Shown one piece after another: positions 25,250-38,400 of a stretch of DNA of 64,000 nt. How positions within the stretch are numbered: the first letter of the stretch is position 1; every line of letters starts with the position of its first letter. The stretch comes from Podarcis tiliguerta (lineage: Eukaryota). The position numbers and the translations under genes were made by a program. The notes under the pieces were generated by a model. It saw nothing but the letters and a program-made list of their open reading frames with translations. It ran no database searches and was not told the origin of the DNA. The stretch lies in NCBI GenBank assembly GCA_965153285.1, contig OZ229115.1; one strand, written 5' to 3'.

Positions 25250-26865
25250 TATTGCTTTCACACTGGTTACATTTGCTGCATGAAATACTGGCACTTTTCA
25301 CAGGAGTCATGGCACATAGCACTGTCCTAAGCAGCTTTTGTATCAGTGACCATAAACGGTAGTTCTTACAAGGTTCTAAAACATTTTCTATACTGAAGTA
25401 GGTAATTCCCAAAACTGGAAGCTTCAACACTAGGACTCAATTCTTATTAGTTGCCTCTGCACCTGATGTTCACTAAACTATGATACAGCAAGTGTTGCTA
25501 GTTGCATTTGTGAAATGTCATTTGCCACTGGCGAAGCAGGGAATATTTCAGGACAGGTCTACACAAATCACCAACAGCTTTGCATCTCACTTCATTTTTT
25601 AAAAAAAGCAAATGGAGTACCTCTCTCTACAGAATCTGGTGAAGATATACTAGGCAAATAGCAAAAATCAAGCAGTATTTTGTTGAGACTGTGTGCAAAA
25701 GCAGGTTGATCAACTACTGCTCCTTTGTTATGGGCTGCTTCATGTGAAACAGTAAGCAAAGAACAAACCTTGGTGAGAGTTCATGGTTACCTAGAGAGTT
25801 CTAGCAACATGCCAAGACTAAACAAAACAAAACCCTAGCATTATGTACTGAGTTTTAGCTAAGTGCAGAGCTGCAGTAAAAAGGAGCAGGGAGAATCAAA
25901 TCAGCTGTGAGCTCCTCTCCAGGAGTCCATGTAATTTCAAGAAGCCACAGTACAACTTACTGTGACATGCCAACCCTGTCTATAATAGATGGGCTCTCAG
26001 AGGTTAAAAGGGATGTCAACTGGCTTTTGTCAATATCTTTTTCCATTCCACTCCATTGGAAGAGCCATTAGTTATGCATTACAATCCCAATTTTGCTTTT
26101 GATCTTTTCACGTTTACAACAATATGTGGCAGGGGAACCAAACTCATACCTTCCCCACAAAAAGAATACTCTTTTTTAACACAAAAAGCCACAGAAAATT
26201 ATGTGGAGAACATGCTGACCAGATACCACCATCTCTCTGGATTATGAAAAAAAAAAAGCACAGGTAATATAGAGAAAGTCAAGATGGGGCACAACAGCAA
26301 CCCAACATGACTGAAAATGGCAACTAAAGTGGCAACATGAGGTTAGTTCACTGTGAAGTCATACAAATAGGAAACATTAATGCACAACTTTTGGTATAAC
26401 TTACACTAGAATCTATACTCTACTTTCCCGTTCAGTTATTAAACCAACTTCAGCTTCATAGTATGGTATGACTAATCAGGGATCTAAAAATACAGGTAAG
26501 TTGCTCAAGTTTGACTATGGCTTTTATTAAAAACAGCTTTAGGGTCACATACTATGTAACAAAATGGTGTATTTCTATAGAACCGCCCTATTATGTCTAC
26601 ATCCCAATCCAGCAAAGAATGAGCATGAAAAATTGATTCCTTCTCCACTATTGTCAACAAGACTTAACAATAGTTTAGTACATGCACGTGAAGGATCCTT
26701 CACATCATTCAGAAAAACACTTATGTAAAAAAGGAAATTGTAGTTGGTTTTACTAACACACAGCAAAATAGCCAATGGAAACATTTTATGTTGAAGGAAT
26801 TGGCTCCCTACCACAGATCAAAACTGATTCTTTTGTATGTCCCCATACAATACACTGGGTGATAG

Positions 26866-27170
26866 CCAGCTTATCCTCACTTACTGTCCCTCTGCTCTTT
26901 CCAGGCACAGTCCACAATTTAAAGCTCTGTGTCCAAGCACCCTTTTTTTGCTCTAGAGCTTTCCCCATGAAAACTCACTCTTTAAAGATCAACTGGAGCA
27001 AATGTTAATCCACGGAAAACCTGAATTGATTCTTGCACCGATTGAGCTTTAAAGAGTGGGTTTTTTCACGGAAAGCTCGCCAGGGGGTGGGGATGCTTAG
27101 ACATAAGAGCATTTAAGCACAGACCTCTTCCTGGAAAGAACAGGGCAAAAGGTAAGTGTGGATAAGCCCC
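26866..27170. mobile_element. PIF/Harbinger-like MITE
   Basis: Inverted termini gcttatcctcacttac / gtaagtgtggataagc. Confidence 0.55.
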
Positions 27171-28115
27171 AACTCTTGATTTTAATGGGGCTCCTCTGAG
27201 TACATCTTAGTGGGATATCACCCACTGTCAGCATCTGAGGTTATAAGCAATCTTCACATATAGCATTCACAACAAAGTGAAATTATTATTAGGAGTAGAG
27301 ACTTGTAATCATATTTGAATAATCACGCCACATTGCAAAATAAAATGAGCTGCTTGCAACAAGGGAATTAACAGGGATTCTCCTGATAAGCATACCAGAA
27401 GGTTCATTCTAGATTATATCAGTGAGAATTAGACTTAACTTATTGCGCCAAACATGTGCTCTAAACATCACAGGACCTTCTATATATGTGATAAGCAACT
27501 TTTCTCAAGTTAACTTTCAGAAAGCAGAACATTGTAAGGGCTATTGTATAAGACCAGCCATAAAAGGTTTGCAGGATTAGGTATTAGAGTGGCCTAACCT
27601 TTAGTTGGACTTTTTTTTTTTTTTTTTACTGTGCATGTATACATGTTGCAATGGGGCGGGGGAGGTCAGTACCTAGGAAGTTTTATTGGCATGTGTTTGT
27701 ACCCAAGTAGAAATACAGGATTTAAGAATAATCACAACATTGACCTGGGAAAGGATATCTTTGAAGGAACAGCAGCATTTGGCACACTCAACACTCTTCT
27801 TGGACAGACACTACGCTATATAAAGTCCTCTGCTTCATATGAGTGATGCGGGGTACAAAATTTTCCACTGCTACATTTTTTCAATATAATTTTTTAATTT
27901 AAAAAATTTTTATTTAAAAATTCATAAAATAATTAATACAATACCAGTCAAACTAGATAGATTTTTACAGATGTAATTAGATCATTTTTACCAAGGAAAT
28001 AAATATAATAGCACATTCAATGAAAGCAGTCAAAACTGTTATGAAAAACAAAATTTAAACAAGGTAAAAGTATGTTATTGAATTGCTTTGTCTTATCTTA
28101 CAAGTATTTCAAATA

Positions 28116-28354
28116 CAGTCATACCTCGGGTTGCAAACGTGATCTGTGCAGGAGGCACGTTCACAACCTGCAGTGCTACATCTGCACACGCACGTGATGC
28201 GATTTGGCGCTTCTGCGCATGACATCATTTTGTGCTTCTGCGCATGCATGAGCATTGAAACCCAGAAGTAACCTGTTCCAGTACTTCCGGGTTCAGCGCG
28301 GTCCGCAACCCAAAAACGTGCAACCCGCAACGTCTGTATGCCGAGGTATGGCTG
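28116..28354. mobile_element. Tc1/mariner MITE, family B, opposite orientation
   Basis: TA|cagtcatacctcggg ... ccgaggtatggctg|TA; shares the ccggaagta and tgcgcatg blocks with the 24987 copy in reverse. Confidence 0.75.
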
Positions 28355-28397
28355 TAAAAGTAATTTCCTAGCTAAATGTTGAATTTATGGAACGTAA

Positions 28398-28742
28398 CGG
28401 GTGGCGCTGTGGGTTAAACCACAGATCCTAGGACTTGCCAATCAGAAGGTCGGCGGTTCAAATCCCCGCAATGGGGTGAGCTCCCATTGCTTGGTCCCTG
28501 CTCCTGCCAACCTAGCAGTTCAAAAGCACATCAAAGTGCAAGTAGATAAATAGGTACTGCTCCAGCGGGAAGGTAAACGGCATTTCCGTGCACTGCTCTG
28601 GTTCGCCAGAAGTGGCTTAGTCATGCTGGCCACATGACCCAGAAGCTGTACGCCGGCTCCCCGGCCAATAAAGCGAGATGAGTGCCACAACCCCAGAGTC
28701 GGTCACGACTGGACCTAATGGTCAGGGGTCCCTTTACCTTTA
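28398..28742 (+). mobile_element. Sauria/Squam1-type SINE
   Basis: Starts gggtggcgctgtgggttaaacc, B-box-like ggttcaaatcc, ends cctttaccttta; near reverse complement of 22696-23043. Confidence 0.9.
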
Positions 28743-31664
28743 ACATTTAAGCCACATTAAGTGCACTTTTTTGCATGTTTCCCCTAGTCAAATATTTCTG
28801 TCCAAATATATTTGGCTACTGTAAAAGCCATTTATCCAGTTCATAAGATTGTTTTTGAATTTTGGTGAATGAATGTAAGTGACGTAAAACACTAAATCGG
28901 ATCCCAATCAATAGAGGCTTTTGGGGGTGGGGGGATCAAAAAACCAAAACTCCACATAAATGCGCTAAAGCCACTAAAGGAGGAGTATAATGGAATCTCT
29001 CCTGTATGTAAAAGTTCTTATGGTAATGAGAGTTTCAACTGTATGCACCTGTATGAGTGAAGGTCCCCAGAGATATGAAGAATACACTTGATCCAAAACT
29101 GGATCCAGAGGGCTGAAGATGAAATCAGCTTTTGCAATTCACTCCTTTTAAATGTGCAAAAGCCCAAAAGGAAAGTATCAGAGCCAAGAATGGCTCTCTA
29201 TTCTCCAACAGGCACCATCTATTCTATCACAGTGATGACAAAACAGACACCAAAAGAAAACAATTACAGTACACATTATTTCTTGTGATGAGACACCAAA
29301 TTCTTATGACACTTGTTTATTATAGAACCAAGCCTCACAGAAGCTTTGTACTAAAAGGGAAAAAAGCTTTGTGGACTAGAAGCGAATAACTTATTTCTTC
29401 AGCTAAGATTCTCAAAAAGATTGGTTTAATCAACATTCAAGAATTTCAAGTTGATGTACATTAGGTAACAAATACTAGTCTCCACCTTGCAAAGTTCTAC
29501 TGAAGACAGAAGACATTAAGTTAACATTGAACACTCAATTCATTCCTGTTTGTTACATTTTGGCACAAGAGATATGAGAGCTAGGGAAGACAGAACTGGA
29601 GAATGGAGGTTTAATCTTGGGGTAGAGTGGCTGAAAGGAACAGAAGTAGGTGAAAACTACTATTGGCTACTGAATTTCACATTGCACCATGAGGTTTCAG
29701 GAGAATTTGTATCAACTGAGAAACATTTTTAAAATGTAAACTATCCTAAACCTAAGTGCCCAAGAGGGCAAGAAGTGTATTTAAATAAATAAATCCTGGG
29801 ATCTTTCTGTGTATATGGCAGGTTCAGGAAACAAACAGCCAGCTCATTGTAAAGAATGCATTTTGAACGCATTCTCAGCAGGCAAGATCTAATGCAGCAC
29901 AAATAAGCATCTGCTTGTACCATTCCCACTTCCTTGTCTTCTCCATTCTATTTAAAAAGAGAAATAAACAGTGAGGGCTTCTTGGTGCCTTGGCCATGAA
30001 GAAGTGTGAAACAGAAGTTTTGTTTGTTTTGAATTCTTCCTATTTCAAATCAGCTGTGAATACATAGAATGAGAACCTATAGTGTCTCTCAGAAAGGGTC
30101 TGGGAGAAAAACTGAACATTATTTCTACAATTTTGGATTATATATAGACCAGCTGTTTTAGATAGACCTTAATGCTCTGATAATGTGCATTAGTATGATT
30201 TTCAAATACCTTAGAAACATTTTGCTCTGTAAAATGGCCAGATGATGAATGCAAAATAAATAAAAATGCATGCAAGTAACCATAAAACTCTATAAAATAA
30301 CTATATATTGGCATTCCTCTCATTCCACTTGGTGAGTGGGTGCTGAGTTGGAATAATCAGATTTTGTTTTACGTTTTAAATAATCAACAGTACTTTTAGG
30401 TTTTATGCGTTGTTTAAATTGTTTATTCATTCAATTAATCAGTGTCTTCCTGCTTATAGGATTCTCATGCTAACAAACTGTAGCACTAGACAGACCTGTG
30501 ATGAGTTAAGATAATTGTACATGTACCTATGCAAATATGGCAATATAACAAACCATAAGCAAGACAGTCCTGTGTGGTAGGTGGGGGGTGGGATGCAGGG
30601 TGGAGTAGCAAAATGACAACACCCAATTATATTAGAAAAGCAGAGAACAGTTGGTGTTGGGCACTCTTCTTCTCAAATTGACACATTTTTTATCTTCATT
30701 TTACAAACAGTATCAAATGTTGAGGGGAAATACAGCATAAACTGCTACGTGGGGAAGACTATAACAGGGATTTAAACATTGCTAACAGGAAATGATCAGG
30801 GCAGATAAGATTTTCAGGTTCACCAAATCCAGCAGCATCCTCTTAATCTTTATTTCATGGTATCATTACATTTGCCCTGTGATATAGTAGTTTATTGCTT
30901 CTACCAGAGTTTTAGCTCATTCATGCAATATTATTTAGAACTACAGTATATAAACAGCACAGCAGCTGTTATCTATGTCTCAGGGAAAGGAAATATGGCC
31001 CTTTCCCCTCTTAGGAGCAATACATTTCAGTTGAAAAGCTAAGCTATGAGAAATCCACTGAGAAAGAAATGTGCATTGTCATTGTGATCAGGAACAGAAC
31101 ATGAGAAGAGGGGTAAAACTTATCCAGCTCCCCCAGCAGATTACTACAACAAAACTCCTGCTTGTCTGATGAGCTTATGAAACTCTCCCTATTTTCTGTG
31201 ATTGGAGCGTTCTTCCTGATCCACCCAGATTAAAGTCTCTGAAGGAATTACAATTCACCACAATCAGCATAATCATCAGTTTATAGCCAAGCAGGTTAAT
31301 TGAAGAAAGAGGGATGAGCACTCAAGGCATATGTAATGACTTAAAACTTGCTTCATGAGAAGTAAAAAAGTTTGCTGGAGATTGTGGGGTGGAAAGGGAG
31401 GGAGGGTTTGGCACTTTGTACTCTTCCACCTTTTTCTGCGGTAGTCAGACCTCCTTCTGAACACAGTGTATGGTTCTGGACACCAGAGGCGGATTTAAGG
31501 GAGCACAACCAATTCAGTCACACTGAGCATAGAGCTTCAGGGGTGCCACAGGGGAAGCTGCAACTATGATTTAGAATGGAGTGCAAAGGGCGGGGGGGGG
31601 AGCACCAATTTTTGGTGTTGCACAGGGTGCTGCTGAAATTTGAGACCACAACGTGGGCAACACC

Positions 31665-32180
31665 CCTCAGGAAGAATGTAAACAAAGTAAAATGGACTCA
31701 GAACAGGGAAACAAAGATGGTGAGCGGAATAAAGAAAACAAGTCCTGTTAGTTAAGGTTGAAGTAGGGCTGCCCTACAACCGGATTTTCCCAGACATTTC
31801 TGGGATTTCAAAGTTGGAAATGACATCCGGGGGGAATTTCCGAAATGTCCCAGATCACAATTTGGCATTTGTCTAAAAAAAGTTTGTCTAAAAACACCAC
31901 AATTTTGGTGGTTTCCTAAAAACAAGCTCAACAATTTGGGGGTGTCCTGGTTTTTACTTTTTTAAATATGGCAACCCTAGTTGAAGGAACTAGGCATGTT
32001 TAGTTTAGAGAAGAGAAGACAAAGAAGACATGACAGCACCCTTCAGACTCACTGAAGGGCTGTCACATGGAAGAGGGCATGGAAGAGTTTGTTACTTCCC
32101 CAGACGGCAGGACTAGATCTAATTGGTTTAATTTACAGGAGGATAATATTTAGGTTCAACCCTAGGAAAAACTTCCTCAC
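31665..32180 (+). mobile_element. CR1 LINE ORF2 3' fragment, interrupted by a MITE
   Basis: Removing the MITE restores RLKELGMFSLEKRR ... LKGCHMEEG ... GRTRSN ... RKNFL, typical of the CR1 C-terminus. Confidence 0.75.
31764..31979. mobile_element. hAT-like MITE (TAGGGTTGCCA-type TIR) nested in a CR1 fragment; related copy at ~7186-7365
   Basis: tagggctgcc ... ggcaacccta with GTTGAAG duplicated on both sides. Confidence 0.75.
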
Positions 32181-32519
32181 ATTTTATAAAAAGTTTATCC
32201 CACCCCCTTTGAGAACCCTGTTAAAGCAATGAATTTATTGGCTCCAAAACACATTATGGGGCACAAAAACAAGAGGCTATAAGGCATGTAATCTACTATT
32301 GTGCTACTATTTATCACTTAGTGTTTATACAACAAGAGGCTTACCATTTAAGTAAGGCAAGGGGAATGGAGAGGAAAGAAAGATGTGCATGATTAGTTAA
32401 ATGACACAGCTTATTTTGTTTTTAAACACACCAACAGAAGGAGCTAGGCAAACAACCAGTTTAAAAAAAAAAGTTCCAATGGTAGGGAGCAGCAAATGAG
32501 AATGCATGGAACTGGGAGG

Positions 32520-32560
32520 ATATAATTTTGGTTTAACAGAATATAATTTTGGTTTAACAG
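32520..32560. repeat. 21-bp tandem duplication
   Basis: tataattttggtttaacaga occurs twice with a period of 21 bp. Confidence 0.85.
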
Positions 32561-33010
32561 AGGTCAAGAGAAAAGCGAAAAAAACATGGCAGTAGAGAGA
32601 AAAAGCAAAATTAATGGAGATAAAATGAGTAACATGGTCACAGCAACAATAAAATTATTGTGAGTTTAACAAAAGAAAGATTTGAGAGAAGAGGCCTAAG
32701 CAAAAGGTGTTGCAACTTATTAAAGAGATAACAAGAGTGAACACAAAATTATTGGTTGCATCAAGACAGAGATAATTGTGAATGTTATAAATATAGCCAA
32801 GATAAAAACCATGAAATTTAGCAGCTGAGTGAGTACTGGGAGAGAAATTAAGACTCCAATGCAACACCAAATTACAAGCTTGAGTGATATAAGAAATAGT
32901 AGACCTACCAAGCAGAAGAAAATGTAAAGCAGGAAAAAGAGAAAGGAAGCAGAAACTTGTTTTTTTCAGAATTCAGTTTTAAGAAATGCGTAGTCAGCCA
33001 AGGAAAATAA
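32560..33010 (-). mobile_element. Old L2 LINE fragment (RT C-terminal region)
   Basis: Degenerate LVISxLxxCNxFxxGL and LKLNxxKT-like motifs on the minus strand. Confidence 0.45.
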
Positions 33011-34489
33011 ATGGTGATGCATAGTTAAGAAAGTAATGAGATCAAGGGGGAGGAATAACCAGTAACTTCTTTCTTTCTTAACAAAAAGGCTGTAAAGTTA
33101 ACTTGAAGATTCTAAGGTTGTTGTGGTAAGAAATGATTGGCTAAAAATGAGGAAATTGGTTTGAGTTAATTGCCACTCATACCATCAATAAACTTTCTCT
33201 GAGAGCAGCTGGCTGGTAGGGATTAGTAAAGTCCAGTAATACTCCCTTTTTGAGACACATGACAAGGGAGCACACATTTCTGTTCCATCCAGATATTACA
33301 GAGTCCAATTTGGGCAGGTTGATATATCAGGGAACAACCCCAGCCATATTACTCATACTTAGGAGTCAGGCAACAAAGCCATATTATTTGGTTAACATCC
33401 ATCTCCTACATCATTCTTCCTCCTAGTCAGGGGCAATTCACAAGCCAATTGCTACAACAAGAGTTATGTAATACTCATCACTCAGTGAAGCAGTTGTATG
33501 AGTGTTTCAGCATAAGCTCAACTAACAATTCAAAGGGATTTTGCCATGTCAACCCTAAATCCACTTTCAGCAGCTTTTAAGTTAGCACAGCAAATACTAG
33601 TTAAATTGTCTGCCAAGTCCATACGTGGTAGATTCAGGTGAACTGTTTATGCACCAGTATGCCCTGATTTATGTAGTCACTAAATGCAGACTATCAAGCA
33701 GAACTTGTTTATTCTGAAGGGAATCCTTGTGCAACAGACGACAAAACTAACAAGAGGCAGATTTTTGCAGGGCGGCCAATGAATATTTGCTGCAGAGCCA
33801 ACTGAAGTTGAACCCCTTCAGAAAAAGTTCCACCATCTAAACACACCAATTTAGGGCTTGTTCACGTGTATAGCAGTGAGCTTTGGGGAAATGGGTTGGT
33901 GTCAAACTCTAGAAACTTCCTGCCATGCAACTGCTGCTGGTCACATGAATGTCAGCCCCGTATACTGAACACAGCATTTAACACAAAACGCAGTGGCTGT
34001 GTGCAGTGTTGTAAACTAGCCTTTAGTCTGTGAATGTCAATGATTCTCAGCTATGAAGGTCCCACAAATGTGGGGGGAAATGCTCTCAGGACCAAGCCAA
34101 ATGAGGCAGAGGAGGCCATTGATCAGCTTCTGCCACATTTTAAAGCCTCAAAGCAGTCCTGAGGGTGCTCATTTGATTTGGGGAAAGTGGAGAGTCCACC
34201 CATTCCTTTTGCATCCTTTCTCCATCTGTCCTGCTTCACTATACCTATGCACCAGTCCCTCTCCTCCTTACACAACTACCTGGCCATTCTGCACTCTCAC
34301 TTCTACAGGTGTGGCTCTCTCTCTCCTCCTCCCCACATATGAGCTGCATCACACCACTCCAACACAAACAGGCTTCTTAATGCTGCCTGCTTCCTCAGAG
34401 AGAGGTGGTTGGGCTCAACCCTCCTTTTGAGCAACGTTGTTAACCGGCCTGGGAGCCCTGTCCCACCCTGAAAAACTGCTGCTGCATCT

Positions 34490-35450
34490 TACATGGCTGT
34501 CAGCGAAACGCACTCTGCACATGTTCAGAGGCGCCGACTGTGAGAGTTCTGGGGCGCCGAGGCGAGGCCAAGGCTGACGCTGCCTCAGGTGCGTCTCCCT
34601 CCCCGCACCTGCGTCAAGGTCCAGCCCGCGTCCCTCACCTGCCTCCCCCCTCGCCGGCCAGAGCGACCCCCCCCCCAGCCGCGTCCGCCTTCGCCTCCTT
34701 CGCCGCTCCCTCTCTTCTCACCTGGTGGGTGCTGTTGCCCAGCACCTCCAAATCAAAGCCGCCGTCTCGCGGGCCACACACTCCCTCGGATTCGGCCCGC
34801 CGGACCCGCGGCGGCGCTCCGGCTCCGAAGCGGAGCTCGCGGCCGTAGAGCGGGGCCGCCAACAGCAGGAGAATCCCGGCGCGCATCCAGCCCGACGGCT
34901 CCATCTCTGCCGCCGCCGACAACAACCTCCACCACAGAAGTCTCTCCTCAGAGCACGGAGGCGGCTCACCCCCGCCGCCCCGCCCACCAAAGCCTCGATT
35001 GGGCTGCGCCGCTCAGGTATGCCGAAGCCATTGGCTGCGGGAGGTGGCACTCTTATCTCCCTTTCAGACAGCAGACAGCCTCTTCTGACAGCTACTCTGC
35101 CATTCGCGCAGCGACCCCAGCCTCTATTTTCTAAGTGGTTTACAGGGCTGCCAATTGCGGCGCAGCAGCCAATCCTGCCCCCACCTCCCTGTGGCCATTG
35201 GCTATCTCCTAACACCAGCCTCCTCCTCCTAATTCTCTAGCTGGGTAGCATCACCCCACTTTGGAGAGCACCTTGCCCATTGGCTAGCTGCCTACCAGCG
35301 TTTCCCCTTACAGCTCCTAGAAGTAATCTTAGCCTCCTCGCTGCTGTGCTCCGATTGGTTAGAAGAGGGTGGCACTAAGGCTTTTTTTTTAATTGGCGGA
35401 AATTCGATGCTGCTTTCGTCCTAGGGATTCTTGGAGTGGCTCGGAGCGTT
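34490..35450 (-). promoter_or_regulatory. SORT1 CpG-island promoter with GC boxes and eight CCAAT boxes
   Basis: High GC and CpG density around exon 1. GC-box run at ~34970-34985. CCAAT/ATTGG at 34998, 35030, 35151, 35169, 35197, 35279, 35354, 35392. Confidence 0.85.
34722..34904 (-). CDS. SORT1: Sortilin exon 1 (signal peptide, short propeptide, furin site RVRR, start of mature chain)
   Basis: ATG at 34904 in strong Kozak context (gcagagATGG). 61 codons MEPSGWMRAGILLLLAAPLYGRELRFGAGAPPRVRRAESEGVCGPRDGGFDLEVLGNSTHQ. The end matches human ...ECG...LANNTHQ. Donor GTGAG at 34721-34717, phase 0. In-frame stop upstream and no earlier in-frame ATG. Confidence 0.9.
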
Positions 35451-38400
35451 TGGGATGGAGATTAAGACCAAGATAGGGAGACTTTTTTCCCCTAATTTTC
35501 ACATACTGGTATTTGTTACATTTGCCCACTTATATGGGCAAGCAACTAGTCCTTTGGGGAAGGATTCATTGGGGGGCAAGGCTGTGAGCCATTCTGGATT
35601 TGAAATCCTCTTCTGCAGTTAAATCACCTCGCCTTCTGGACACCTGCTGGCCTTCCTAAAAGATATGCACAAAGTCCTACTGCCTTCTCAGTTTGGATCT
35701 CTGAGTCAGGCAATTTTTATGGCCATTCTCTTTCAGATGTGCTTTGAACGAGCACAGGGTCCTCGTTTGGTTTCTGTTGAAGACTCAAGTGAAAACAGCA
35801 AGCGAAAAAGCAAGGGTTAAATTACAGAAAAAGAAAAGGTCAGGTCTGTCACTTAGATTTTGTCATTTTTGAATGACTTTCTCTTCCACTCTATTGAGTG
35901 TTAAAGGATATTCCAAAGAAAAACAAAGCATACCAAGAGAAATGGTATTTAGATCCTTCCCAATATGCCTAAAATGTACAGTACTGCAAGACATGGGCTT
36001 AAAACCTACACCCATTTACTGAGGAGTAAATCCCATTGACTGAAGTGGGTAGATTGTGCTTTTAGAGTGTGTCTTTAGAGTTTTTAGAGTGCCCCAAGCA
36101 TTTTAGAGTATATTTTTTTCCACAGTAGGTTAACATGGGTTGCTGCTCTGAAAGTTAGTATATTCTATCTTGGTGCATCCAGGATCCAAGTTCTTTATTC
36201 CTCCATGATGCTTGTTTTACTTCATTGTCTCAGCAGTATGGTTAAAGCATAATCCCAGAGTCAAAAAAGCACATACAGAACATTTTGAACACCCTTTCTC
36301 TCTCATTTTCCTTTTTTCAATGATAGAAATGGCTTGACTAAATGTGTGAAGCCCTAGTATTGGAACAGAGCAAAGGATACATTAAATATTTATTCTCTCT
36401 TCACTCCTCATTGCCATAGAGCCGGCAATTATGGCATTTTGCTAACGAGCAACACAAACAGGCACATGATGTTCCTTATACTGCTCTCACAGTACTGAAG
36501 GCTTTTTCTTATGAAGAGGAAGGTATAATGTGTCCTACTAATAAAAATGCAGATACATCAAAATAGCCATCGCAAAAGTATCAGGGCAGGCAGACACCTA
36601 GTTATGAGTACTTTAAAGAAAAGCAATGGTTCATGACACAGATGCCCTTCACAGATGATGCAGTATATATGTATTTTCTGCAACCAAGTTCAAAATGTAG
36701 CGTAAGTAGTGACTCCACATAATTAAAGCCTGATCTTTAGGACAATGGTATTGGTAAACTGCCAACACACCTCACTCAGTTAAACACAGTTAAGCACATT
36801 CCACCTCCATTAATAACAATGGAAAAGTACGTACTTAATTAAATCTTCCTTCAAACTGAACAAAGCTTATTTTGGCTGGATCATGTATCACCATATATAA
36901 TTCAAACTAAAGGCAAAATGAAGTTTTAAGGTTACATACAAACGAAGATGTTAGAAACTGGGCACTTAATGATAGTTATCAGAAATGATAGATCCTTGCA
37001 TTCCCGAATACTATTTTTAATGGGCTGGACAGTAAGGTATCCTTAATCCAAGTCACAGAGGAAACCAAGGCACAGACTTCATGAGATGCCTTCATTGAAC
37101 CTTCATCTACTAGGTCTACTCTTGTTTGCAGGAATGGAAGTAGAGTGCTGCTAAGTAGTTGGATAGCCAGATGGAGCATCTACAGACTTTACTTTGACCC
37201 TCCTTTCTTTTACACAACTGAAGACCCAGGAACACTGCAGCCCTCCTAGCAAGCAATGGGTTAACAAGTGTTATAGCTAGAAATAGCTAGAAAGTAAAGG
37301 CTTCAGAGTATGAACAGGAAACCATCACATAACAGAAGCATTGCAACATGAATTCATGGGAGAGGGGGAAGAGTTGAAACCTACATGCAAGAACCACAAG
37401 TTGCTGAAATAGTGTATAGTTATTTCACATAAAGTATTACATAGCATTATGGACAAAAAAAGAGTGGAAATTAACCAAAGAAAACAGTTGTATATTCTGA
37501 ATGTCAACAGTAGAGACAAATAATTTGGACAATTCAGAACTTTGCCACCAAATCTCCAAACCTATCAGGGTTGCAAGTGGCCACGCTATAGGATGGTAAT
37601 CTTCTGAGGATTTTGATCACTTGCCCCAGAAAAGAAATACACAATTATATAATGTACCAGGTAAGTACAGCTGCTGCATCTGGAGTGCTAGGGTGGGGAG
37701 GTGGATGGAGAAAGAAGCACACAACCAGGAACAAACTGCCCTTACTCAACAGCTCACTGGAGGCAGTCTGGGGGGGGGGGAGGAAAAGTTAGGGAAAACT
37801 ACAGTTGCAATGCCACTGCACTCTATTGCATTAAGTAAAGTCACTTGGAGAACCTTGAGTTGCAAAGGAAATATTAATTACATAGGGCAATATCCTACTA
37901 AACAGTTCCACTAGCACTTCTCTTGTGGGTCCACCCCCCCCCAACCTCCTAGAACAGATTTATGGGCCACTGAGGGAGAAGGAAGCCAAAAGTGCTTGCT
38001 CTAGCAGAACTGTTTAGCTAGATACCACCTATGTAGCAGCAGCAGTAGTAATAATATTCCAGAACTGTTAGGAAATCAGGAAATGGATTTTTTTAAAATG
38101 AGGGTTTTAAAATAAGGCTTTTAAAATGTTCCTGTAACAGTATCACCAGAAAAACAAGACTGAAAAAGAATGAAGAACAAAGATTACAATTATCTTTGAA
38201 AATACCTGTCAACCTTCTAAAGATGACAATGCATGAAATTACAGCTCAGAGACTGCTTGGTTGCACCCAGACATGGAGCATCCCAGTTACTATATATTGT
38301 GAGCCACAGAGTTTAATGGACCAAGTTGGGGATGACTGGTTGTATCCACAGATCACTATTTAGAATGGCCACTTTTCATACTTTATATTTTGTAGGATAG

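Noticed and set aside
34540-35240. Several 100-180 aa ORFs on both strands over the SORT1 promoter
   Set aside because: Expected by-product of GC-rich, stop-poor CpG-island DNA; only the minus-strand exon 1 frame has sortilin homology.
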